A stretch of DNA of 64,000 nt from Mobula hypostoma (GCF_963921235.1 NC_086108.1:65350001-65414000), one strand, 5' to 3'; shown: positions 49,823-62,521, numbered from the stretch's first letter. The notes: generated from the letters alone by a model not told the origin. Numbers and translations: made by a program.

Positions 49823-51244
49823 TTGTTGTTTCTTTTTTTTGAAGTGTTCTCTTCAGTCTATTGGTTGTTTGGTCCAGCATCTGATCTATCCAATATTTTA
49901 GTGTAGGTCTTAATAACAACACTATGTTTAATTTTACTGTTGATTCTATTGTATGGATCAGGTTCTGTATGCTGTGAATTACAGAATAAACTTTAGTTCT
50001 GCTTCTCTTTTAACTTTTGTTTCTCTCTTTATATTAGTTTGTAAATAAGGTTTGGAAAATTCTCAAGTGTTTTTGCATTTTATTGGAGCTATATGGTATT
50101 TGTCCATTGCAAGAATCAGCAATTAGGAGATATGCAACTTTTTTCCATCTTTTAAGGCTTTGTTATGGTTAGAACTTGGATTAATGTGAATCTACAGAGT
50201 TATGCTACAACTTTTGTTTCTATTTCATCCATCCACCTTGAAATTGACTTTGTCTCCCAGAGATGAAAGAACAGTGTTCCAGTACAGCCTCTTATTTCTT
50301 GAAATCTGTAATATGCCTCATGAAAAAGGTCACATATTAATGCTACATCCCCAATTAAAAATAAAGCTTAACAAAGTTAATAGTCTTTGAACTTGTATTT
50401 TGAATGATAATACCTATTAAAATTGTTGTAAGAATATAAATACAAGTGCTATGTATTTTATCAATTAATTGATCACTGATGTAACCTGGGAGGAGCACCA
50501 GCTACTGTCGTTTCAATAACAGAAAAAGAGATAATTTAGTTGAAATGACCAGACAAATTCTTTGAACTAATAATTGAACACACATTTATGTTAATACCCA
50601 CATGGTTATCAGCACCGAATGTTTAAACAAACTCCCATTTATTGGCACTGTCCATTAGTCCCCATTTAAGTGGAAGTTGATAGATATTGAGAGGTCATTT
50701 TCTCTGACCTGTGAGTCCACATGCATGGCAGAGGATTCGAGAGAAATATTTGGTGTTTTAGGACTGATGATTGAGCTTTGTAATTAATTGAAATACTCTC
50801 CTCTGGAAAGCTGTGGATATTGAATCAATGTACATATTCCATGTTCATTTATTGATGCCTTCTTCAACTTACTCATTACTCTGTCCCAATTCCCATTTTC
50901 TTGTCTAAGGATGCTCTTTAAAGAAAAATAATTTTTAAAAATCACAGGAAATTTGGTAGTTTAGGTACTAAATAACATCAATGGTAACTTAATTTTTCCA
51001 AGGCAAAAAGTTCTAGACTTATCTGTATAATCAATTACTAAATTATCTGAATCTTATACAGACAGAGGAGGAGAAATTGGGGTGTCAGTTTGCCATACAC
51101 TGAGTATTGTCTGATCAATATTTTAACTCCATTCTTTTTTGTTCCATATTCTTTCACGTGGTCATCAGCAAGAAATGAATTGATTTGAATAAAAATTTCA
51201 TTAAAAGCTTTGACTGCTTGTAGAATCTCATTAAAATAATTGCA

Positions 51245-53305
51245 GACACAAGAGGAAATCTGCAGATGCTGGAAATCCAAGCAACACCCACAAAATGCTG
51301 GAGGAACTCAGCAGGCCAAGCAGCAGATGTAGAAAAAAGTTCAGTCGATGTTTCAGACTGAAAACCTACGGCAGGACTGGGGGAAGAAAGCTGAGGAGTA
51401 AGTTTAAAAAGTGGGGAGGGGGAGAGAGAAACACAAGGTGATAGGTGTAACCTCAAGGGGAAGGGATGAAGTAAAGAGCTAGGAAGTTGGTTGGTGAAAG
51501 AGGCTGAAGGCCTTGGAAGAAAGAAAAGGTGGGAGGAGCACTAGAGGGAGGTGATTAGCGGACAGGGAGATAAGGTGAGAAAGGGAAAAGGGGATGGGAA
51601 AAGGTGAAGAAGGGGGTTGGAGGGGTTGGGTGGCATTACCGGAAATTCGAGAAATTGATGTTCATGCCATCAGGTTGGAGGCTACCCAAACGGAATATAA
51701 GGTGTTTTTCCTCCAACCTGAGTGTGGCCTCATCACAATAGTGGAGGAGGCCAAGGATAGACATATCAGAATGGGAATGAGAAGTGGAATTAAAATAGGT
51801 GGCCACTGAGAGATCCCGGCTTTTTATGGTGGATGGATTGTAGGTGTTCAGCGAAATGGTGTACCAATCTACGTCAGATGTCACCGATTTACAGGAGACC
51901 ACAGCGGGAGCACCGGACACAATACATGACCCCAACAAATGCACAGTGTTGCCTCACCTGGGGGACTGTTTAGGGCCCTGGATGGTAGTGAAGGAGGAGG
52001 TGAAGGGGCAGGTGTAGCGTTTGTTCAGCTTGCAAGGATAAGTGCCAGGTGGGAGATCAGTGGGCAGGGACTAATGGACAAGTGAGTCATGTAGATTGAA
52101 AAGCCTCACCTATACCTCTTCCAACCCTGTTACTTGTAAAAACACTATCCCCCTTCTCTCAATTCCTCCGTCTGCGCCGCATCTGCTCTCAGGATGATGA
52201 AGCTTTTCATTCTTGAACAAAGGGGATGTCCTCCTTTTTCAAAGAAAGAGGCTTTCCTTCCTCCACCATCAATGCTGCCCTCAACCGTATCTCTTCCATT
52301 TCACGCACGTCTGCTCTTACCTCATCCTCCCACCACACTACCAGGGATAGGGTTCCTCTTGTCCTCCCCTACCACCCTACCAGCCTCCATGTCCAGAACA
52401 TAGTTCTTTGAAGCTTTCGCCATCTCCAGCGGGATCCCACCATCAAGCACATCTCCCCTCCCACTTTCTGCTTTCTGCAGGGATCCCTATGTGACTCCCT
52501 TGTCCATTTGTCCCTCCCCACTGATCTTCCTCCTGCAACTTATCCTTGCAAGCAGAACAAGTGCTACATCTGCCCCTACATCTCCTCCCTCACTACCATT
52601 CAGGGCCCTAAACAGTCCTTCAGGTGAGGTAACTCTTCACCTGTGAGTCTGTTGGGGTCAGATACTGTATCCAGTGCTCCTGTTGTGGCCTCCTGTATAT
52701 GGGTGAGACCCGTCGTAGATTGGGAGCCCGCTTCGCCGAGCACCTACACTTCATCCGCCGGAAAAAGCAGTGGCTACCCATTTTAATTCCACTTCCCATT
52801 TTTTCCATTCTGATATGTCTATCCATGGCCTCCTCCACTGTCGTGATGAGGCCACACTTGGGTTGAAGGAACAACGCCTTGTATTTCGTTTGGGTGGTCT
52901 CCAACCTGATGGCATGAACATTGGTTCCTTGAAATTCCCATAATGCCCCCCACAACCCTCTCCTTCATTTCCTATCCCCCTTTCCCTTTCTCACCTTATC
53001 TCCTTGCATGCCCATTGCCTCCCTCTGGTGCTCCCCCCCCCCCACCCTTTTCTTAGTTCCTTGGCCTTCTGTCTCTTTCACCAACCAACTTCCCAGCTCT
53101 TTTACTTCATCCCTTCCCCTCCGGGTTTTACCTATCACCTTGTGTTTCTCTCTCCCCTCTCCCCTCTCCCCACCTTTTAAATCTACTCATCAGTTTTTCT
53201 TCCCCAGTTCTTTCAAAGAGTTTTGGCCTGAATTATATCGACTTTACTTTTCTCTATTGATGATGCCTGTTCTGCTGAGTTCCTCCAGCATTTTGTGTGT
53301 GTTGC
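51245..53305. mobile_element. Inverted pair of Penelope-like 3' halves
   Basis: Minus arm about 51245-52095, plus arm about 52100-53305. The plus arm encodes YCIQCSCCGLLYMGETRRRLGARFAEH (GIY-YIG). Confidence 0.9.
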
Positions 53306-53425
53306 TCATTTCTGTAATAATCGGGTTGATTATAAGGATATTCTGTATATTTTTAAAATGACTTTTTATGCTCCATATAAGGTGAGATTCATGAAAATAT
53401 TTTTTATTGAAATGCTTTATTTTAG

Positions 53426-53525
53426 ATTTCTTCAGATGATTATGAAATTAATGATGTTGAACTCAAAAGAGATGGACAAAGCCTGGGCATTACAGTTGTT
53501 GGTTATGTTGGTGCTTCTCAAAGTG
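53426..53525 (+). CDS. PATJ: PATJ exon, PDZ3 start
   Basis: ISSDDYEINDVELKRDGQSLGITVVGYVGASQS. Acceptor ttttag, donor gtgagt. Confidence 0.9.
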
Positions 53526-54875
53526 GTGAGTTCACAATTCAAAAAAAAAATTATGGATGAAGAAGATATAAAGCCATGGGTTTACTTAGATTAGAAGGAT
53601 GTGATCCAAAACAAATCACCCTGCCTCTTTTTGTTTTCCTCCTTACACTGATTCAAGTATTTCTCCACTCTTCCTTGAATGATACCTGACTATAAATTGC
53701 TGCTATTTGTGATATTTATGAAAATTATCATATTTCTCTGACTCTGAAATGGTATGAATGGTAACCTAAAAGCTGTTGCGAAATTTACACAATGATTGAG
53801 AACTTCATTGATGAGGTTAACACCACAGCTTTCTTGGGTTTTCCTGTGTCTAGCTGTAAGGAAACTGACATTTTTGGCCTTTATTGATGGATTGCATGCT
53901 CATGTGGTTATTACAGTGTAACAGAGCAATTGGGGTCTTTCTAGTTATTTCTTAAAGTGTCATAAAGTAATGCAAGAATTACTCTTCCTGCTATAGGGGA
54001 ATGTTGTCAGTGAATGAATGGATGCTGTGTTGGTGGGATCAGTGTGAGAGAATTTTCCCACTGAGTGAGAAATACCTGGGTCAACTGGTGAAGAATAATC
54101 TCTATACGAGACATGTTTTTGTGTAGCGGCTATGGCGGATTGTTGTTATAGAAAGCCTTTTGCAATAGTCAATGTTTCCGGAACAAATTTACCATGGAGA
54201 TCTTTGTAAAGACATGTTTGTAAAACTGTGAACCATGAGGAACTTTGTAGTGCAAACAGATGCTCGTGCATGCTCTAGTAGGCTGAAGGAAAAGTAGGTG
54301 ATGTCTTCGTTCTTTTGAGATCCCAAGAAGAAATTTGGAATTATACAGAGGTCTGAAGTATAGAGTGACCATGACCTTGATCTTTATGGACAAAGGAAAC
54401 AAGGCACACATATCAGGTTTTTTCTGAAGTTGTAGGTGGCCACAGACCTCAGAGAAGATGATGAATGCAGTTTGAGTGTTGGTTCTTTGAAAATAGCAAT
54501 GTTTGGGAAAACAATGTTAACAAATCCTTGTGTTTTTGTGAGTAAATATGAACTGTTGTTTTGTGCCTGCAGAAGAGTTGGAGCTGGCTTGAGAGGTTAA
54601 AAATCTCTCAGTAAGTGAAGGTTGTGTGTTGGAATATTAGATGGTACAGGAGTAGGCCCTTCAGCCCATAATGTCTCTGCCAACTAGTTGGAACTAGTTT
54701 GGAGATGTACCAATTCAACCTAATTCCATCTGCCTGTTTGTACTCAATATCCTCCACTCCTTGCCTGTCCCTGTCCCTTTGCCTGTCCAAGTTCCTATTT
54801 AAATGTTGCTATGGTACACTATTAGAATTGCTGGTGAAATTATTAAACAATATAATTCAATACTATAATTTTCAG

Positions 54876-54964
54876 ATACATCTGGAATTTTTGTGAAAAG
54901 CATAATACCAGGGAGTGCGGCAGAACAAAGTGGATGCATTCAAGTTCAAGATAGGATTATTGCT
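54876..54964 (+). CDS. PATJ: PATJ exon, PDZ3 middle
   Basis: (D)[29 protein letters not shown]. Acceptor ttcag, donor gtaagt. Confidence 0.94.
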
Positions 54965-55067
54965 GTAAGTAACATCTTATACCTTGAATTGTATTTCTGA
55001 CATTGGATTGTGGGTTATTCTTCATAGTTGCCTTAATTAATAAAAACATCACTTGAAATACTTAGAG

Positions 55068-55655
55068 TGAGAAGCAAACTTCTCAAAGAACTTAGCAAGT
55101 CATACTACATCTGTGGAGGCTGTGGATGGTATTTTGATTGGAAACCCCGCATCAGGACTGAGTGTGCGGGGGAGAAAGATAACCAATCGAAGGAGTTGAG
55201 ACAGTGGTTCGCAAGTGACAGGTAGAATGATCTGAGAAGGTAAGTGATTGCTGGAGATGGCAGGTGAGGGAGGAGAGGAATGGTGTCAGGAGATATTGGC
55301 TGCTAGGTGGAGATAGATAAGGACAAAGGGCTAAAAATGTTTGACTTTGCTGTTCTCCCCTCCCCCACCTGACTGCATCTGTTCATCATCCTACTTCCTA
55401 CCGTGTTCCAGCTGTTGCATCCCAGCCCCTGCGTCACCCTCTGTCCCACTGTTTATCCTATCCCTCTTCTATGTCTATCTCACTCTTGATGAAATAAATG
55501 ATGAAATGAAAGAGAGCACTGTTAACTCCTGATGAAAGGTCTCAACCCGAAACAGATCATTCTTTTGCCTCCACAGATGCTGCTGCACCAACTAATTTCC
55601 TTCAGTAGTTTGTCTTTTGCTCCAGATTCTAGCATCTGCAGTCTGTTGGATTTCC
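55068..55655. mobile_element. Old fold-back Penelope-like remnant
   Basis: Inverted family ends with degenerate CTGATGA...GAAAC at about 55529-55553. Confidence 0.65.
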
Positions 55656-58600
55656 AATAGAGATAGCTAGCCTTTAAAGCATTTTAGACATAAGTTGTAC
55701 AAATTGCTCATCATTTCTTTTGTGTTTTATCATTAACAACCATTCTGTTGAATCTAATTTGCACTTGCATTTCACTTAGTTCATTATTAATACAGAATTT
55801 GGATTCTTTGACCGCTTTTGTTTAATTTTACAGTTCAGTTATACAAAAATACATCAAATAGAAGATTGTGTGGTTTGACGAAGCATTTTTAAAAACAGTT
55901 TTCCAGCATGTTTTTTGTCCTTAAGGAAAGGCTGGGTTTTGTCAGGTGACTCACAGGATCTGTTGGTGGTTGATGCCATAAAGTCAAGAATTTACTTGGT
56001 TCTAAATTTAGGAGATGATATTATTTTATATTTTAATTATTTGAAGGCAATAGCTTTAGTTCTATATCCTCATGCAAGGGGTATTCAATTGAATGATGTA
56101 TTTATTAAACAAATGAAATCATTGGTCAATATGGTAAAAATGATTATTTGTTTTATTCATTTTTGATAATGGCTGAGACTGGGAAGAACAACAGTTCCTA
56201 CGGTTCCTATGTTCGTACTCACCAGTAATGACGGATTTGCTATCTATTTTAACGTTGAGGTAGTATGTGACGAATGGAGTAGGCAGATGGTGGTTTTGCC
56301 ATGCACGTGAATCCTTTGTCGTCTTTAATATGATAGAAGTTGCAGATTAGAATGTTTTATAGGAGGAGCCAAAGTGAACAAGTAGACATTTTGTAGATCA
56401 AGGATGGCCAATCCGTGGTGCACGTGGCAAAAGTGGCCCATTGGATGATTAGAAGTGGCGCATTGCACCCCAATGATAATAATAAAAAAGTAAGCCTACT
56501 CATGTAAAAAGTGTTAACCAAAAACCGATTTGTAGAAAAAAAATCTTTAACAGGAATTCAAGTAACTTCGAGCTAGAAATGGGTTTTACTGAGAATAAAT
56601 CTAAAACTTAGCAATTATTTTTAGCAATTTTATTATTTCATGCACATCTTTTGGTGAATGTTATCTTCTTCCACATTAATCTGTTTTTAATTCAGAGAAA
56701 ATGTTCAGTGAGTCAAACTAGGAAAGAAGGACTTTTGTTCTGCACTTGTTCCATAACTGTTCCATACAGGTTTGATACTTAATCGATCCTGAGGCGCCAG
56801 GCGTCTGCACCAGCGGTGTGTCGCAGGTTTTTGCCAGTCAGTTTACAATTGGCACTCGTGCGCTACGGAGTTGTGCTGTGTTTGTCCTTTGTGAACATTT
56901 GCAGTTTTGCACTTTTTTGAAAATTAAGCCTTGCTTTTACATTCAGTTACCCATCACAGTGCAAAAGAAAATGAGCAAAAGAAAAGCAAAAATTGATGGT
57001 AAGCGTGAATTCAATGAACAGTGGGAAAATGAGTTCTTATTTATAGCAGGTCCATCAGGAAAACCATTGTGCATTGTTTGTGAAAACACTTTCTCACATA
57101 GTACAAGACATGATCTTAATAGACACTGTAGAACACAATATCAGACTGAAATAGAAGGAAAACTGAAGCTGGTGCTTGGGTCTGAGTTACGGAAAGAATA
57201 TGTCATTAAGAAAAAGGAAGAAATCAAAAGAAGACAAAATATATTTGTTAAAAGAATTTGTGAAAGATTGGTGATGACAGAAGCGTCCTATGAAATTGCT
57301 TTAGTGGTGACCAAAAAACGGAAGTCTTTCTCTGATGGAGAAGAAATTGTTAAGCCTTGTCTCCAAATATTTGCAAGATGTCTTGGTGATAAAAATATCG
57401 AAAGGAAAGTAGGCGAAATTGCTCTGTCAAAGCAAACAGTTAGGAGACGCGAAGAACTCTATCAAACAGTTAGGAGACGCACCAAAGACGCACCGATGAA
57501 AGACCTTGTCCATGTTTGTACTTTCTTTTCTTTAGCTTTGGACGAATCTGCTGACATATGTGATGTAACCCAGTTAAGCATTTTTATAAGAGGAATTGAT
57601 GATAATTTTAGCGTCTTTGAAGAACTTATCGGTCTTGAGTCGCTTCATGGAAAAACAAGAGGATCAGACATATTTGCAAAGTAAAATCAGGCCTAGAAAA
57701 TCTACAACTAGATTCTAGTAAACTGATCGGTGTTTGTACTGAAGGAGTGCCGTCAATGATAGGTAAAGCCGCTGGGACTACAACTTCGCTTGAAAACTTT
57801 TTAGGTCGTCCTCTACTAAAATATCACTGCATTATACACCAAGAGTCACTGTGTGGAAAAACTTTACATTTGCAGCATGTTATGTTACTGGTTGTGAAAT
57901 GTGTGAATAAAATTAGAGGAAGAGGATTTAAACAGGTGAGAATTCAGAGAATATTGTGAAATATTAGATCTGGAATATGGCGATCTTGTCCTTCATTGTG
58001 AGGTGAGCTGGCTTTCTAGAGGACAGGCTCTGAGTAGATTTTGGAAACTGAAAAATGTTGTTCATAATTTTCTAGAAGAGAAAAATGAGCTGCCTGAGGA
58101 AAGAACCCTTTTATGTGATAACAATTGGCTATTTGATTTAGTATTTTTAGTTGATGTTTCCAGCCATCTCAATGATCTAAATTTGAAACTCCAGGGCAAG
58201 AACCAATTGTTTCCTAGCTTAGTAAATGATATCAATGCATTCAAGATGAAGTTAAAACTGTTCACCTCTCAGTTAGAGAATGAGGATTTGAGCCAGTTTC
58301 TGCACTTAAAAGAGCAGAGTGAATGTGCTGGAGATAATGACAATTTTACAAAATATATTGAAAAAAATCAGGTTATTGCAAGAGTCATTTGAAAGTCGTT
58401 TCGTGATTTTGCTTAAGAAGAAGACTGCATTCTTGCGCTTATAAACCCATTTTCACTTAGTGGACAAAAAATCATGAAGATGGAACTTATTGATGAAAAC
58501 AAATTCATTATTGAACATGAAGTTTGATGAGCTTCCCTCAGTCCCAAATGCTTCTGACATGATTAATTTCTGACAATCATTACCCTGTGAACATTTTCCA

Positions 58601-59002
58601 GAACTAAGAAAATTTGCCCAGAGTTATACCAGGCAACAGACATAAAAAGTGCTGGTGAATGCAGCAGGCCAGGCAGCATCTATAGGAAGAGGTATAGTTG
58701 ACGTATCGGGCCGAGACCCTTCGTCAGGACTAACTGAAAGAGTATATAGTAAGAGATTTGAAATTGGGAGGGGGAGGGGGAGATCTGAAATGATAGGAGA
58801 AGACAGGAGGGGAAGGGATGGAGCTAAGAGCTGGAAAGTTGATTGGCAAAAGGGATACGAAGCTGGAGAAGGGAGAGAATCACGGAATGGTAGGCCTAGG
58901 GAGAAAGAAAGGTGGGGGGGGCGAAGCCCAGAGGGTGGGCAAGGGGTTATAGTGAGAGGGACAGAGGGAGAAAAAAAAGAGGGGCGGGGGAGGAGAGGAG
59001 AG

Positions 59003-59003
59003 A

Positions 59004-59042
<39 letters not shown>

Positions 59043-59044
59043 AT
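59003..59044. repeat. (AAAT)n microsatellite
   Basis: About 10 perfect units. Confidence 0.95.
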
Positions 59045-59635
59045 AGGGATGGTGTACAAAGGGGAGGTGGGGCATTAACGGAAGTTAGAGAAGTCAGTGT
59101 TCATGCCATCAGTTTGGAGGCTACCCAGACGGAATATAACGTGTTGTTCCTCCAACCTGAGTGTGGCTTCATCTTGACAGAAGAGGAGACCATGGATAGA
59201 CATATCAGAATGGGAATGGGGTGTAGAATTAAAATGTGTGTCCTCCTCTACTGTCAAGATGAAGCCACACTCAGGTTGGAGGAATAACATCTCATATTCT
59301 GTCTGGGTAGCCTCCAACCTGATGGCATGAGCATTGACTTCTCCAACTTCCGTTAATGCCCCACCTCCCCTTCGTACCCTATCCCTTATTTATTTATTTA
59401 TGTATTATTTTTTCTCCCTCTGTCCCTCTCACTATAACCCCTTTCCCATCCTCTGGGCTTTTCTCCCTAGGCCTCCCGTCCCATAATCCTCTCCCTTCTC
59501 CAGCCACATATCCCTTTTGCCAATCAACTTTCCAGCTCTTAGCTCCATCCCTCCCCCTCCTGTCTTCTCCTATCATTTCGGATCTCCCCCTCCACCCTCC
59601 CACTTACAAATCTCTTACTATCTCTTCTTTCAGTT

Positions 59636-59671
59636 AGTCCTGACGAAGGGTCTCAGCCCGAAACGTCGACT
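59636..59671 (+). ncRNA. Minimal type I hammerhead ribozyme motif
   Basis: AGTC-CTGACGA-AGGGTCTCAGCCC-GAAA-CGTC-GACT, with helix II GGGU/GCCC and an intact core. Confidence 0.75.
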
Positions 59672-60350
59672 GTTCCTCTTCCTATAGATGCTGCCTGGCC
59701 TGCTGCGTTCACCAGCATTTTTTGTGTGTGTTGCTTGAATTTCCAGCATCTGCAGATTTCCTCGTGTTTGCCCAGAGTTATATCTGTTGTTTCGGAACGA
59801 TGTGCAGATGTGAACAAGCATTTTCAGCCATGAAGTTGATTAAAAATACTGACTGACTGATTCAAATTTGAAGAATTCTCTGCTGCTCTAAGTAAATAAT
59901 TTAACTCCAAACATTAAAAGTTTGGCGAAATCAAAGCAGACTCAAAAGTCTCATTAAGGTAAGTAATGTTTATCTCGTTTTTATATTAAATAAATATATC
60001 ATGTAAAAATGCTAAATATGTGTATATTAACCTGAATGGGGGTACAAGAGTTGTATGGCGCATCTGAACTCACGCGTAAAAAAATTGACACATGGAATGT
60101 AAAAGGTTGGCCACCCCTGTTGTAGATGGTACACATTGCCGTCTCTGTGTGTCGTAGAATGTTAAGTTACTTGTGAAGCATGCTGTTTTGCACTGAATGG
60201 AGTCGTTTAAGTATTGTTGGAGTTGCACTCATCCAGACAGATGGAAAGTATTTCATTATACCACTAATTTGTGCCCTTTTTAATAGTGGAAAGGCTTTGG
60301 AGTGTCAAGAGGTGAATTATTTGCTGTAAAATATCCAGCCTGTGACCTTT

Positions 60351-60422
60351 TTATGTAGTCACATAATTTGTGCTTATTCCAGTTGAACAGCTGGAATAGC
60401 CACAAATTATGTGACTACATAA
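60351..60422. repeat. Near-perfect 72-nt palindrome/hairpin
   Basis: 35-nt arms (60351-60385 and 60388-60422), 32/35 Watson-Crick complementary. Confidence 0.93.
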
Positions 60423-60974
60423 TCTCCCAGGGTGTTGTCACTTGGCGATGGCAATAAAGTCCAGTGAGTCCATGCTGAGTTGAGAGACTAGATCCATTTC
60501 TCATTCTGCCTCTCACTTTATGCCAACTATTGCTGGTGTTTGTAGAATAGGCCCATTCAATTGACTGAGGTTGCTGACTTTGATTGAAAAGTTAAAGTGC
60601 CTATATTTTAATTAATACTGAGGTTTGAGATTTATTTAGTTCAACTAAAAGTGTTTTCAATTTATTATTTTTTAATCGTTTTAATTATTTTTTTGTTTTT
60701 TAATTAAATATATTTAATTAGCTTTTAAATGCCCTTCATTATCAGAGATATTTAGAAATGCTGAAATTCTTTTGACAGCATTAACCATAGAAAGGCATTC
60801 TCGGGAGCTGGGCCTCGATTTGACATATGAAACCCAGTTGTCACCAGTTGCAGCTGTAGCTGTTCTGCAAAATAGTTGTCTGCCTGTGATGACTTGGTTT
60901 CAGATTGAGGTCAGTTAGCCTTCTAGGATGGTAGAAAGTTAATGTGACTTGTCAGCATCATTTGGAGGGTAAAT

Positions 60975-61330
60975 ATGGGCACAGCGACACAGCTCGTAGA
61001 CCTTCTGCCTCGTGGCTTTAGACTTCAGTCCTGATCTCTTGTTTGATTAAAGTAGAGTTTTGCACAATCTCCCTATGCCAGTGTGGTTTTCCTGTAGGTG
61101 CGCTGGTTTCTTCTTGCATCCCAAAAGTGTGCTCATTGATATATTAATTGGCTGCCGTGAGTTGCCTCTAGCATGGAGTTAAGTGGTAGAATCTTACAGG
61201 TGTTGGAAGTGAGGGGTTAATAAAATGGGATGAGGTGTAGATGTGAAATGGTGCCTAATGGTTCCTTTGGACTTTGTATGCAAAGGGGCCTGTTTCTGTG
61301 TTGTGTGACTTTGACTGTATGACTTTCACT
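60975..61330 (+). mobile_element. Old V-SINE/HE1-like SINE
   Basis: GTGTGGTTTTCCTGTAGGTGCGCTGGTTTC core and GGGCCTGTTTCTGTGTTGT tail. Confidence 0.7.
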
Positions 61331-62521
61331 CTTAAGTGAGGCATTGTCGAAATGAGTATTATCCAGCCCATTTTAATTTATCTTCAATTAGTTTACAGTA
61401 TTTTCTTCCAGAATTTAATCCCTTGGTAGAAAATCACTTTAAATTGTTAGGTATTACATGATATGAATGAAATTACATAGTATATGATAAATTATTGATC
61501 TGATAATATTTCCATTGATACTGTCAGGATCTTGAAAATTCTTAATCGGAGGTCACTCATAGTTGTTATAGTACTTATGCTGATATTCTGAGATCTGCAT
61601 TCCCCTCCCAGCTGAATGAGCTGTGATAAATGGCATTATCTTTCAGTTTGGAGTTTGCCCAGTATTAGCCTTTGCATAAGTCAGACATCTTCACTAATGT
61701 TAATATTGGTTAGTAGTTCCCTTTTCGTTCAAATATTGGAGAACACGACCTATATTTGAACAAAAAAATCAGGATGTTGCTCTAGCTTATTAATTTAAAG
61801 TATCTGAAGCTTGTTATTAATATTTTTGAAGCATTTTAGGATTTCTCAGATATTTAACATTAATTGATTAGTTTAGGATTGGTCAAAGTGGGTACTTGAA
61901 AAGACAATTTGCATTTCATAACTTGGAGGATATTTTCTTATGCACTGTGACTCTGACTTTTCATGTTACTTTATTTTATTGCCTGTCTCAGAAACATTCA
62001 AAGCATTTAAATGAAGAAAATGTATATAAACGTGGCAACTCTGGTCATGAGTTAACCTCCCAGAATTTTTTGAGAGGATTTTGTATTAGCTGATCTATGT
62101 GATGCCATTTTCACATTAGGAACACCACATGAAGTCTTGCTGTAGAATATCTCCTAACGTTTATACAAGGGCAGTCACTGGAGAAGGACGCACATTTCTG
62201 ACAAGACTTTTTTCCTCCGAGAAGTTTTGTACCAATGTAAAAGAAAACAAAATACATAATTTTCTTATTATTTTTAAATTCAACATATTTTGAAATACTT
62301 GTTTGAGAGGAGCACGGAATTGTCAACAGCAACACCTGGATTTCAGTGGATATTCCAGAAATTGTTGTGTAGTTTGTGGTATAATTTGCTCACATTAAAA
62401 CAGCAATGGCAAAAATTCAGGCCATTTGATTAAGTTTGTGTTGCTTTGTTTTCTCATATAAGGAGCTTTAATTTCTGAGTTATGTGGAGTTTTAGTTTCA
62501 TTTTCATTGATGTTTTTGTAG

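Larger units (their letters stand above)
58629..59766. mobile_element. 1.1-kb fold-back Penelope-like insertion inside the transposase
   Basis: Arms at about 58634-59188 and 59240-59733 are reverse complements. 16-bp TSD TTTGCCCAGAGTTATA at 58613-58628 and 59767-59782. Confidence 0.93.
56971..59957 (+). pseudogene. hAT transposase pseudogene (frameshifts, stops and an insertion)
   Basis: MSKRK..FNEQWENEFLF..PLCIVC zinc finger, FSLALDES, HCIIHQESLC, WLSRG, FPELRKFAQSY|ICCFGT..CEQAFS, ending QKSH*. Confidence 0.9.
56399..60119 (+). mobile_element. hAT DNA transposon (Buster/Charlie/SPIN, GTF2IRD2-like), full length but decayed
   Basis: 8-bp TSD TTGTAGAT at 56391-56398 and 60120-60127. TIRs CAAGGATGGCCAATC and CAGGGGTGGCCAACC (12/15 match). 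Confidence 0.93.

Noticed and set aside
39870..53436. Frame-preserving alternative pair: donor at 39871 (GTGTGA) with acceptor at 53435
   Set aside because: In frame, but the donor is much weaker than the adjacent GTGAGT and there is no transcript evidence.
56818..58392. Domesticated GTF2IRD2/EPM2AIP1-like host gene
   Set aside because: Multiple frameshifts, stops, a nested insertion and retained TIRs/TSD indicate a dead transposon.
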